Shown piece by piece: positions 14,603 to 25,840 of a DNA stretch of 64,000 nt (its first letter is position 1; each line of letters begins with the position of its first letter). The notes below the pieces were generated by a model, which saw only the letters and a program-made list of their open reading frames with translations, had not been told where the DNA came from and made no database searches. The stretch comes from Raillietiella orientalis (taxonomy: Eukaryota), in NCBI GenBank assembly GCA_036172245.1, contig JAYWIR010000015.1, forward strand, positions 3,596,001-3,660,000, in the 5' to 3' direction. The position numbers and the translations under genes are program-made.

Positions 14603-16182
14603 TGATTCGAGAGGAAGCCGCCTGCCCTTCTTTCTTACCCGGCCCTTTCGTGAACTTGGAATGGACCCTTGCCTACAGGCTGAGACCTCTTGGATCCATA
14701 GTGCCTCAGGAAGGACATATGAACAATGACGATCTGGTGCCTTTGGATCCTGAAGGAGCAAAATGCCACCAAATGAACCGGGATACGAGTGGAAGCTGCG
14801 TTAGAACTCGAGCTTCGTCCTTCCGGTTCGCGTCTCCGGAGGATCCCGAAGGAAGTGTTTCCCCTTTACCGACTATGGTCACTTCCGCTAGCTGATCTCC
14901 CTGTTGTCACCCGTTATGAAGAGCCTCTGTAGACACTCTGAATGCCTGTGTAGCCATTTTTGAATGCTGGGCCGTAGTGATCCGGACAAAAGCCCTTTCC
15001 CTGAAAAGGGTCCATCTCGTGCAGTTTGAAGGGGTATCTAGGAAGACATCCGGATGTCGGTTCGTTCTGAACCGTGATCTCTCAAACGGGATGAGCCTGC
15101 TGTTCGTTTTTCGATACGAATATTCGCGTTGCAGAAGTCTCCTGACCCCATTCCACCAACCTAACGAAGAACTGAGCCCAAGGCGAAAAATATTCCTTCT
15201 TCAGCCTTTTCCTCCCGTCGAAGTGTCTGTTCTTCTTCATGTAGAGAGGCGCCGACCAGGGACTCCAGAAGCCCTTGATTTCTAGTCTGGACATGAATTT
15301 GATGCTGTTGAGCATTGGGCAGCTGCATGAGGAAGAACATCGGTAGGAGCTCGAGAACTTTCGGAAAGAGAGGCAGTCCCTTCTATCTCCTCTTCCTCTC
15401 TTGACCGACATGACTGAGCTCTCCCAGATCTGGAAAACCATGTCGGCATACACGTGAACTGCTCCTTGGCCTCCACGGAAATAAACAAAAAGGGCGATGG
15501 CTTCGGTCTCTGAAAACATTGTGGTTGTTGCGGCGTTGAAGAGAGGAATTTTTTATCCCCTTTGAGCAGGAGAAAAATCAAGCGGAGAAGAACATTCTTG
15601 AATTTCCTCTTCACCAATGAAAATGTTCTGCATTAAATCTTGGGTTCGTCTTCGGAGTCAAAGCATGTGAAGTATAGGAAGCTCCTGAATTTAAAGAATG
15701 GAGAATGGCCACCAACCTTTTCTTGGTGCCTTTTATTTAAGAAGAAAAAAAGAAAAGATTCGGTCCCGAGATTAACAGTGAGAGTCTGTTGTCGTCTTTG
15801 AAAACTTAATTTCCTACGCGTAGCTGACCTATCTGTAGATCAAAGACTGAAATCCTGACGCACCCATGCATGGATGCACAAGAGCCTCAGCATCCCATCG
15901 TTCCATTTCAAGATTTCCGACAAAATTTGATTTCGGTTCGAATTTTTTCCTTCCTGTCGAAAAAAAATTGATAATTGAAATCACATGGTGCCATCGTATG
16001 AGAGTATTTGGTGCTTGCCTCAGGCTGTGGTCACCAAACATCAAAGCTCAACAGTCGCTGACCCTCGGCGATATAAACGTGTTTCTTCGAGAGGATCAAA
16101 TGCAGTTTGATTCATCAGGATTTAGCAGACAGACGGGCTTTATGTCAACAATCGAGACGTCTTCAGCTAACAATGGGAATGC

Positions 16183-16239
16183 CTTCAGTTAACAATGGCG
16201 ATGCCCCTCCCCACGGGACATCGCCATTGTTAACTGAAG
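16183..16239. repeat. Perfect 21-bp inverted repeat (hairpin)
   Basis: CTTCAGTTAACAATGGCGATG (16183-16203), 15-nt spacer, CATCGCCATTGTTAACTGAAG (16219-16239). A degenerate direct copy of the left arm lies at 16161-16182. Confidence 0.95.
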
Positions 16240-16630
16240 TAATTTTGGAACAAAAATGACTTTTGAGATGAAGACGCTCATTTCACATTTTTGCACTCAA
16301 AGAAGAGAGATTGATTCCGCGTTCGAAAGCACCACCGCGGTAGCGACGCGCTTCGTGCCCGTCACTGATTCGGTGCGAAGGCAAAAAGATAGATGGCAGC
16401 GGATGCAAGCTGGACCCTTTTCAAATGGAATCAAAAAAGCACTCGAAAGCATAAAAGATTGCACTCCATGAAGACACGAATACTCACCTTCTTTTACAAG
16501 AGCAATGCACATTGAACGTAAAGGATCGGAACTTTATTTTTCCTTCAGTAAGGACTGTCTCGTAGCTTTGCCACCACTACGCAGTGATAGTGAGTTAGCA
16601 GATGGGGTGTGCGAGGGAGAGCTAATCTCT

Positions 16631-16748
16631 ACCTGCTCGGGCTCCCGCTCGAAGCGCGCATTTCTTTCGCCTTTTACTAAAGAAATCCGTGGGCGGGAGC
16701 GTCGAAAAGAGCGTTTTCCGAATTTTTGTGAGTGCCCTTTTAGGGCAA
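16631..16748 (+). ncRNA. U5: U5 spliceosomal snRNA gene (complete, ~118 nt)
   Basis: Invariant loop I GCCTTTTAC (16669-16677) closed by TTTCTTT/AAAGAAA. Internal-loop CCG. Stem GCTCCCGCTC/GGGCGGGAGC. Basal GCTC/GAGC. Sm site AATTTTTG (16721-16728). 3' hairpin TGCCCT-TTT-AGGGCA. Confidence 0.95.
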
Positions 16749-16751
16749 GCC

Positions 16752-16768
16752 GTAATCTAAAAGATAGA
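16752..16768 (+). promoter_or_regulatory. snRNA 3'-box-like processing signal
   Basis: GTAATCTAAAAGATAGA just downstream of U5 contains the AAARNNAGA core. The same motif (AATCCAAAGGTAGA) follows the second U5 copy at 22175-22188. Confidence 0.6.
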
Positions 16769-16909
16769 AGCAATGTTGTGCAGTGCAGCTGAGGACTCTC
16801 GCCAGCACCAGCAGCAGAGCCGGAAAGGCTGCGGAAGAAGACCTGCGACCCTCCCGAGCGGCGATGGCAGTGCCCGCCGCGAGGATGCAGCAGCAGGCAG
16901 CAGCGGGTG

Positions 16910-18415
16910 ATGGCGGAAAGGCCGGAGCTACCCCGCCCGCAGCCTATGGAGGTAGCGTCAGACGAATGTTCTGGAGCGACGGTCACGACGACCCCGGCAA
17001 CAGGCAGGCTCGCAGGCCTACCCGTTGCTAGGGTCGCCACGGCTGCAAGCGTGGAGCGGCCATCTTTCTCGTATGCGGCTGTGGCGGCGGGGACGGCCAT
17101 CACCCGACCAGCCCACAATTTTGGAAAGCCCGTGGTCGGCGAAATTCAGAACATTGACGAGCCCATCATTAAGATGGGCTCGAATGTTAAGCCGATCACA
17201 TTCAAAACTGGATTAATTAGAATCCACAATATCAGGGAGCTGTACTTGGCCTTATACCGGCCAACTTTGACACGGTGTAGGCCATAATTCCAAGCATGAG
17301 CCAACAATTGAGGGATGCTCTGATCGAGAAGGGCATAAACATCCAAGGCAGGATGGTCCGAGGCATCGGAGATATGCCGTATACCACGGTTTTTCTCGGT
17401 GATGTGTGCGGGACCAACAGTAAGCAGCGTGGGCACTTCTTGCGAAATATGGAGAAGTCCTAGAGGTGGAGTTCCGGAACTACTCCGGAAACTTGTTTTC
17501 GGGCGAAGTGGTCGCCAAAATTAAGTTGTTCGAGGAGGTGCAGATTCCGGGGGTTGCCCATATCGATGGGAACTCCCAAGAAGTATCCGTGAAGTATCGC
17601 CACAGCCGGTGTTCTGCACCGGCTGCAAGCACTTCGGTCATCGGGTGAGCACGTGCCCAAGGTCTCGATGCTTCCTCTGCGGGAAGCAAGGACACCAGGT
17701 ACGCACCTGTAGCATGCCCGAGGTGTGTGCCTTCTGTAAGAAGCCGGGGCACGCGAGGTGGTGTTGCCCCGAGTATGCCAACTGGCGTACGATGCGTGGA
17801 CTCTCCCCCGTGCGGGAGAAGGTTCTGGCGGAGGTGGCGAAGCCTCAAAAGCAGGCGGAGAAGCAGAAGAAGGCGAAGGAGACCGCTCCGGTTTCGGCGG
17901 ACGGCTTCGCTGAAGTGAGGAAAGGCGGCAAGAGGAGGTTGCTCGTTAAGGAGCAAGAGCCCTCCCAGAAGGCCGCAGAGAAGGAAATTGCAGAGGATGG
18001 CGATAAAATGGAGGTGAACGAGCCCACCCCGGAGGCTCAGGAGGTCCCGCAGCTCACCGAGGAGATGAGGGAGCTTGTTGAGGAGATCTGCCAAGAACCG
18101 ACAGAAGTGCAGCAGGAGCAAATCCTGACCCGCATCTGCGAGGTCCAGCAAAATATAAATCAGTTGGTGGAGGCAGGCGAGCGGGAAAAGCTGGAGAACA
18201 AGCTTTTCGAGGTGGAGGCGACCTACTGCGTGAAGGCCAACCCGGATACACCCACACGCAAGGTGGTAGCCAAGGCCGGAAGCTCGATGGAAGGAGAAGA
18301 CACAACCGACCAAACCGGCACTGAGAGCGATGCCGGTAGTGAAATGCCCGCTTCTTCCTCGGGAAGGCTACAATGGTCTCCCCGACAGAAGAAGCTCAGA
18401 AAGGGCAAAAAATGA
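16910..18415 (+). pseudogene. LINE ORF1 (gag-like), frameshifted
   Basis: ATG at 16910, SYAAVA motif, knuckles CTGCKHFGHRVSTC, CFLCGKQGHQVRTC and CAFCKKPGHARWCC, then a charged/coiled tail. The reading frame is broken between about 17.28 and 17.61 kb. Confidence 0.85.
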
Positions 18416-18424
18416 ACCCCCTTG

Positions 18425-21400
18425 ATGGCCTCGTCCTTGTCCACCGCTAGGAGACTAAACATCGCCTCCTGGAATGTTATTGGACTTCAAGAGCAGGCAA
18501 GAAGGAAAAGAATAGTGCGGAACATCGCGCACTGTGACATCGTGTGCCTACAAGAAACCCACGTGATGGAGCAACAAATCAGCCATGAACTGGACAGGCG
18601 ATTAAACGCCCAGCTGTTCACCAGCGAGGGACAGTCGTACACCATGGAGGTGATGATCTCAATCAAAAACGAGCTCGCCGCCACCATTCTGGAAACCTTC
18701 TGTCCCGTACCTGGAAGAGTCATCACCTTGACGGTTGTCCTGCTCCGCAAATGTTCACCTGTTTCTGGTGAATGTTTATGGACCCCACCAAGACAAGCAT
18801 CGGTGCGCGGAGACGCTCCACGAAGCCCTCCGACAAAAGGTCGCACCGAAGGATATCGTCATCATCGTTGGGGATTTCAACATCCCGGATGAAGTCGTCT
18901 GCTCCCGGGACGTCAGAGGCAGGACAGCGTATCGGCGGCTGTCCGACGAGTTTGGGCTTCGATGGCTAACTGCCATCCACAAGCCGATCAATCACGTCCT
19001 CTGCAGCTCCGACATAGGGAACCGAGTCTTTGGGTTTCGCGGCATGCTCTACACAGTGTCCGACCACCCATTGCTGAGGTTTTCCCTGAGGACTGAAAAC
19101 CCTCGACAAAAGAAGGCACCCAGGGCGGTGCTCATCAGCATGCCCTCCTGGTTTGAAACGCTACCCTATCACCAAGAGCTCGTGGAGGCGATTCTGCAGT
19201 CGACCACCATCAGCAGAGTCGCCGACTGGGATAGCATGAAACATCGTGTCCACCTCTTCTGCAACATGCAGTTCGGGGACAAGAGATTGAGGCAGGAAGC
19301 GTACCGGGAGCTGAACATCCAAGATCGCTCCCTCTCGAAATACTGGCAACAGTACGAGAGTCGGTACGTCTTCCAAAGCATCAAGGGAGAAGTGGGAATG
19401 CTGGAGAAGAGGAATCTGGCAACAGATATCTTCTGTATCCAGTACGATGGTCGTGCCAGGCACGCGTCGGAAGACATCACTGAAGCCTTCCAGAGGCATT
19501 ACGTGGAACACTTCCGACGCAGACATCTGTGCAAATTATACGAAAATAGCTTTCTGAAACATCTGGAGAAACGAGTCGATGGAAAGAATCGAAAGATACT
19601 GGGAGAGGAAATCTCCGAAGAAGTGAAAGCTGCGTTCAAGGACCTTCTCAAGGATGTGGCAGCGGGCCCTGATAATGTTCCCATCTCACTCTATCAACGG
19701 TACCTGCATGCCTACCAGCGTTTGTTCCACCAGCTGACGCTACGCATCAGGGAAGAAGGACGACTACCGCAATCCTTCTATGAGAGTAGGATGAGATTGT
19801 TACCAAAAGGAGGCGACCTCACGCAGGTCACCCAATGGAGGCCAATCTCGATCCTCAACTCCGATGCCAAGTGGTTGGCGAAGATCTGGGCCAACCGCCT
19901 CGGCAAGGTCATGCCGAGGCCGATCTCTCTGGTCCAAACATGTGTGGTGCCTGGACGCCACATGTCGGACAATGTCAAGTGTCATCAAGCTACCATTGGA
20001 CTCAGCCGATATATCGGCGAGAGCTTGGTACTAGGCTTCACTGACATGGATAAGGCTTTCGATACGGTGGACCATGAGATGCTGCTGGAGATTCTAGGAA
20101 GACTGGGCCTCCCAGAATACTTCCGCAACTTCGTGAAGATGATATTCGAACAACATTTCCACATCAAGATAAACGGGGAAACGAAGCAGCTATTCGGATG
20201 ATGGAACGCGGAGTCCGTCAGGGTGATGCTCTAAGTCCGATGCTGTTCGTCATCTATATGGAGGCCCTCTCGTCGTACATCGAGAGAACTGGGTACCTCC
20301 AAGGAATCAAAGTGGACAGTTAAAGGCTCACCTACTGGCCTACGCAGACGACCTTCTCTTCTTGAAAGGGGAGAGAGACCAGCGAGGCTTTCTGCATGTG
20401 GTGGAGCTTATGAGTGAAGGATTGGGCTGGAAGATCAACGCCCAGAAGGGCCAGCTTTTTCCCGTCGGAATCCTGGACCTCTCTACACTCACGAGGGAAG
20501 GATTCCGTACGGTGGATCGAATTAATTACCTGGGTATCCACATAGGAGATGCTTCAGCATCCCAATTACTGCGGAAAGAAATCCTGGGGAGAACAGCAGA
20601 GGAAGGAGCGAAGTACACCCGCTCGGACTTCAATATGAAGAGCAGGGCCAATCTTTGGAACGGAGTTCTCCTTCCAAAGATGCTCTTTGGAGCGGCCTTC
20701 TCTACAATATCCCAGAACACCAAGCGCGATGTGGAAAAGCTTCAGCGGAGAACCCTCTGGGGAAAATATCGACCGAGAGTACGCCTTAAGCCACTTTGTC
20801 GTCCTAAGGAAGAAGGAGGATCCGGGATGAAGTTGCTTGCATACGCCGTGGACGTCATGGACGTGCGACAAATCCTGGAAATGTCTTCCAACTGGGACGA
20901 CTGGCCGTACGCAGCGCACAGGGCGTACTCGCTGTTGTTGAACAACTCGAGAGGCCTGATGATTGCGCTGGTTGGCAGAGTTGGTGAATGGTCCACCATC
21001 GACCCGACGTGGCGAAGGAAACAGAAACTCGTCAAGAAACAACACTTGAAGATCATCCCGAAGAGCAAAGAACTCTGGCAGGAGGAATCCATCCTGATTA
21101 TCTCGTGGATGCTCCCCGTGCAGGATGACACGAGGAGCTGGATAAACCAGTGGTCCGGAGTGACTTTGCGTAATACGGAATCATGGGTACGACGACGACA
21201 CCTGCATCATTCTCGGGTGCTGAGTTATGTCGAAAGGATTTCTGGCAGCTTCACACTCAGGACCCGCGAAGTGTGGAAAAATCATCGCGACTTCGCATGG
21301 TCCAGAGTAACGAAGAGGAACATTCGCCAGTTATTAGAAGAGGAACAAGACACCAGCGCTCTCCGAGATGCCGCCGACCGCTACGCTAGTAGTGGATTCA

Positions 21401-21919
21401 ATCCACTGGCGATTGGGACGGTGCTCTGGAGGAGTGATTGACCACCGGACACTCAGGATAACCTCCTGATGTTTTTCCATGGAGGCATCATGAGTGGTTG
21501 CAGGATGAAGCTCTTCACGGGAATAAGAGAGGAAGAAATCTGCAGAGCGTATGGTGGAATAAATACAAGACGTCATTTCCTGACTTGCCCCACACTGCAA
21601 GCCGAGTGGACTACTCTGAAAAGGGCCATCGGGCTGTCCAACGATAGAGGTTTTGGCAGGGATGTTCCAGGGAACTGGAACGGTTCCCCGCTATAACCTC
21701 ATGGTAAGAGTGACCATCGACCTTTTCATCACCGCCATTATTGTGCGGTGGTGGAAGATGAAGACCACGAGGACCACCATATCTCCCCTGGGGATCCTGA
21801 AAGGGCTCATCCAGAGGGAGATTGGCATCAGAAACTGCGGACGAGTGCAGGCCTGGAACTACCGAAACATCCTGAGAAGGATTGGAGGAGGAACCCAGGC
21901 CCAAACGACACCCAGGTGA
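18425..21919 (+). pseudogene. LINE ORF2 (APE endonuclease - reverse transcriptase), frameshifted
   Basis: APE motifs ASWNVIGL, DIVCLQETH, VNVYGP, IVGDFN, SDHPLL. RT motifs AAGPDNVP, WRPISILNSDAK, DMDKAFDTVDH, RGVRQGDALSPMLF (~20207-20250), YADD (20341-20352). L1/Tx1-like LCRPKEEGGSG. C-terminal CRAYGGINTRRHFLTCP. Several frameshifts and stops. Confidence 0.92.
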
Positions 21920-22076
21920 TTAAATGCAGCGAACTTTCCAGAGACCCAAAGAAGCAGACTTCGAGTGAACCCCAGCGATAGGAAGTGCAATTTTTGTTCA
22001 ATTTGTATGAATGAGATTGTAGTGTGAATGAAAGAGAAAATAAACTTACCCCACCCCTTGTGGGACTTTGGGAAAC

Positions 22077-22169
22077 CGTTTATTTCTTTCGCCTTTTACT
22101 AAAGAAATCCGTGTGCGGGAGCGTCTAAAAGAGCATTCATGCAATTTTTGTTTTGCCCCGATGGGGCGA
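22077..22169 (+). pseudogene. U5: 5'-truncated U5 snRNA copy immediately 3' of the LINE
   Basis: ATTTCTTTCGCCTTTTACTAAAGAAATCCGTG is identical to the upstream U5 over 32 bp. Sm site AATTTTTG at 22143-22150. A different but intact 3' hairpin GCCCC-GAT-GGGGC, then a 3' box. The first ~24 nt are missing. Confidence 0.92.
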
Positions 22170-22799
22170 TAAGAAATCCAAAGGTAGAAAAACTCAATAC
22201 TGCTTTGCTGAAGATGTGGGGTAAGCGGTGTTGCTTTCCCACTCTTTGAGGACCGATTACGCTGGTGGTAGGAGCCGGTAACGGCTGGAAGAGAACCCCG
22301 GTGACCCCAAGGGCCAGTAAGGCACGCGCTATGCTGTGCACAATCGTGGCCCACGTCCCTGCCAACAGGAACTTTGGATGCTTACCTCAGAGTTTCTTGA
22401 CAAGCATCCATGTAAAGAGGAATGCAAGACATGGGGATTGGGTGATCCGAATCACATCGGTTCGCATGCATGCCCGGACTTGGTTCGAAAAGGGCAACCC
22501 GTCGCGGGAGTGGCGGAAATGAAAACAGAAATTCTCAAAAGACCATATTAGGGGGATGACTTTACTCCTAAGCAAGATTCTCTCCTCGGGTCACACTTGG
22601 TCCTTGTAATAGGGGCTGTAAGCACCAGAAGGCAAGTGGACGAAAAGGAAGAAAGGTGAATTAGTGCCCGAGTGAGCAGTTGATCAGCACAGAGTCCATG
22701 GATTGAAAACAAAAAATGGTGTCGCGTCCTGGAGTCACCGTTTGGTAATTTCCGGTACCTTCGTGTAAATATTCACTCCGGTTGTTCCTATTTAGTTAG

Positions 22800-23160
22800 T
22801 TTTACCGGGACTCAACCTCATAGACCAGTGAAGAATCGCGCTCATTGAGAACGTCAACTGTAGTCCAATGTTTTCGGTCACTCCTGTGTCGAGGCTTAGG
22901 CGATTGAGCTAAGAGTATCACACCGCTGGCTGGTTGGGTGTCGAGCACTGTTTACCATCTGCGACATGAATCCGATTCCATGGTTCGCTACGTTCCAAGG
23001 TACTCATGAAACCGCTGGCGGTGATGCTATCTGTATATCATTTATTGGGTTGTACGATGAAGTGATGAGACAAAAGTTATGGATCGCCTGGTTAGCAAGG
23101 GGCGTCGCGGCTGCATCGGTTGGGCTTATACTCAACCTCTTTGGTAGACTTCGTCAGTGT
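22800..23160 (-). mobile_element. Possible decayed LTR-retrotransposon pol/integrase C-terminal remnant
   Basis: A stop-riddled frame ends RSDRKHWTTVDVLNERDSSLVYEVE, loosely like the W-x-G-x-V...SY-x-V end of gypsy integrases. Confidence 0.2.
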
Positions 23161-23164
23161 TAGG

Positions 23165-23213
23165 GGGATCCAGCCATTCGCTGTTCATATGGAACAGCGA
23201 ATGGCTGGATCCC
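23165..23213. repeat. Perfect 22-bp inverted repeat (palindromic hairpin)
   Basis: GGGATCCAGCCATTCGCTGTTC (23165-23186), ATATG, GAACAGCGAATGGCTGGATCCC (23192-23213). Confidence 0.95.
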
Positions 23214-25840
23214 GAGCCCAGTAGTCCAGAGCCTAGTACTGGATGAACTTGAGACAGGGGAGAAGTGCCACGAGCAGCTTTAGGGGAAGCGGTTCATGAA
23301 CCAAAGGCCGTAACTCCACGTCCCTGCGTGTAGAATTCTTTCAATAAATAACTCGAAACTGAGGAACGCACGCAAATCTCTGCTACCCACAGTATCAAGA
23401 CAATTTTTGTCAACGCTCCTGGTTCGACTATGTAAGAGTGCACGTGAAAATGTCCGGTTTCTCTGGATTGGCGGTCGACGAAAATTAACCTGCCTTTTTG
23501 TAGACCACGTGTAGGCATTGGTAATCGAGCAGTGCATTGTACCATGATTTAATGGAGCCGTGGGGCCATAAAAGGCGTAGTCAAATTTATTCCCATGCAG
23601 CCACTGCACCATGCTGCTTTTGCAAATAAATAGGGCACACAAAAAGCTGTTTCAGGTTAGAATGGGAGGAAAGAGGCAGCAGGGATTTCACAAACGCCAG
23701 AGACGGAAGCAAAGGCATACCAGAACAATAAACTGAAAAGGAAACTTGCCATCTCAAATAATCATTCTTTGTTCGAAAATCAATGGATACTCCCTGAAAT
23801 CCCTGTCCATAGCCTTCCACAAAGGATTCCTTTCTTTCATTAATTCCTGCCACTACAATGTTTTGAAATACGTCTTGAAGTATTCATTTTTCACGCTATT
23901 AGTACTTCACAGGGTATATTCTCTCTTTTTTTTATTCTTCCTCCGAAATCGATTCATTGTCGATACAGTAAATTCCATTTGCTTCTTCGTTCCCCTCATA
24001 AATCTTGCACCCGCTGTAAAACAGTTCCGCAAGGAAGTGCATCACGGAGTTATCTGTCAACCGACTGTAAAACCTCGTCTGTCAGCTCCATGACATATTG
24101 TATATTGAGAGACAACCCAATATTCAAGGTAAATATCTTGGAAAACCAGTGCTGGTCTCCACTGCTATAGTACTGATACAGTACTGTATGTTTGTATCTT
24201 TAATCAGTCTTTTGTTGTTTACGACTTGGTTCATAATGTTGTTCATTAGAGGTCCTTTGTTCATTACAGCTGAATTCAAGGTTCCCAGCAGGACAGAAAG
24301 ACAGTCGTTGGCATCCTATGTCACTATTTGTGATTGTTATGTTCTGGTATATTGGTGTACATTGTATACGTGGTTCCCAGCCTGTTCAGTTCGTTGGTAG
24401 CAGGCAAACTCTTCTGCTGCTTTCTAGGCATATTTTCCTCTTTACTAGCAGCTAGGTGCTAAAATCTCCAGTTAAGATTCGAGATATATATTGCCTAATC
24501 TTATCCACACGCACATTGGTTTTCTTGTATTGAAAGCACCCACACATACATCGACGATGAGAAGATGAACCGCCCATGACCGATGAAGCCGCATCATACA
24601 ATCTTGCCAACCTGTACATGCTTTGAGTACTGTAGGAACCAAATTATTTTAAAGTACTACAGCCACATCCTTGGTGTATATCAACCGTTGACAAAGAAAT
24701 TGTGCCACGTCAACTCCACACAGGCATCCAGTGGCAGGATATGAGTTTCTTGAGGGCAAACTATGCCCTACCGTTTTTGTTGTTCCATTAAATTTACCTT
24801 CTTCACTTTTTCCCAGCACCATTAACATTCCGTGTTCGAATGACACAGGTGTTCACGTGAGATCATGTGAACGCCTTCTTGATTTGTGAATCTGCGGAAC
24901 TCCTTGAAGATCGCTTCCGCTGAGAGTGCATCTCCTTGAAGCGAAGTCTTTCCTTGAACTTCTTTCAAACATTCAGTTAAATTTGAACGGAATCGTTTTT
25001 CCGTCGTTTCTCTACAGCTTGCTGCTGGTCCTGTTTCTTGTTGTTCATCTATATGGGATGGATTCGATTTGTTGCATGCTTGTTTGCGCTCAAGGACAGT
25101 TGCCAGACACGATAACACTTGTTCATCTTTGTCCTCCAAAATCATACTGGTTAATTATGCATGAATCTTTTGAAACCTTGATGCACTTTTCCTGGCATGA
25201 GGTCTTCTGCCCGTTAGGAAGGCCACACTGTTAAAGCTGGTCGTACACATGGATGCAATTTCTACGTGGTTAGTGCTCCAGTCTTGCAATTCGATGTCCC
25301 AGAATTTCTGCTACCTCCTGAATTAGGTTCTGCCCCTTGGAATTCACACGTGCCTCAGTTACTGTGTTATCTGGATGCCCCAACTCATCGCCGCTGCATT
25401 TTTTATATCCTTGCAATATGCTGGATTGGATATGTACGAAAGGAGATAGTTTGACGCGAATTTCACAGAGGAAAATATAACCCTTGCTTCTCAAAAGCCA
25501 ATTTGTTGCTCCTGGACCGGCCCTTGGTTCTCGGTAAGCATTATGAGCAAAATTTAAATCACTGTGCTCCATTGTAGAGAAAGCTTTGGGGAATCCGAAA
25601 ACTCGACACAACTGCTTGGAAGCGAACCGTCTCAAAAGATGAACTGACGAAAGTCAATCAATGAAGACAAGCATCTTCTCAATTCTGGAACTAAAGAGAG
25701 ATGCGGATACAGGAAAAGTTCCCGGGGAGAGTCTGAAGAATGCCGGAGGTGTCGTATCCAAAACTTGCACAGTTTACATCAACATTGTCCTTGCTAGCCT
25801 GAGTGTACTGGTGAGCTCATAATCTTCCTGACGCATTACA
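23214..25840 (-). pseudogene. Endogenous viral element: decayed N-terminal half of a Bunyavirales-like L (RdRp) gene
   Basis: Collinear, intronless, broken frames. An endonuclease-like block FASKQLCRVFG...ATNWLLRSKGYIFLCEIRVKLS...SSILQGYKKC lies at 25.63-25.39 kb. About 2 kb later come AFVKSLLPLSSHSNLKQLFVC, YAFYGPTAPL and HSRTRSVDKNCLDTV. Order and spacing recall orthobunyavirus L (FGRELCKSL...TPDNYLY...IIDYKVSVS...TYDKY; LMKNILSVSQYN; FAIVFPSADI; SRAIRLDKERCQRI), compared from memory only. Confidence 0.55.

Larger units (their letters stand above)
16770..22076 (+). mobile_element. Near full-length non-LTR retrotransposon, L1/Tx1 type (APE + RT), inactivated by frameshifts and stops
   Basis: Two-ORF layout: ORF1 with three CCHC knuckles, ORF2 with endonuclease, RT and a degenerate C-terminal CCHC. 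The 3' end is defined by the second copy at 7976-8287; the 5' boundary is approximate. Confidence 0.92.

Noticed and set aside
14620..15620. Broken coding-like ORFs on the minus strand
   Set aside because: No recognisable motif or consistent splice model; left unannotated.
16660..16768. Upstream and downstream U5-like sequences as an ordinary LINE target-site duplication
   Set aside because: About 110 bp is far longer than the 12-bp TSD of the other copy, and the differences preserve two distinct hairpins rather than looking like neutral decay.
23433..23456. GHFHVH as a HUH rolling-circle endonuclease motif (parvovirus or Helitron) near a hairpin
   Set aside because: No catalytic Tyr motif or helicase follows, and the overlapping frame fits the bunyavirus-L interpretation better.
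25696..25726. PGNFSCIRISL resembling the Cys-loop channel GNYSCL motif
   Set aside because: It is followed by a stop, lies inside the viral-like block, and has no other channel exons; coincidence.
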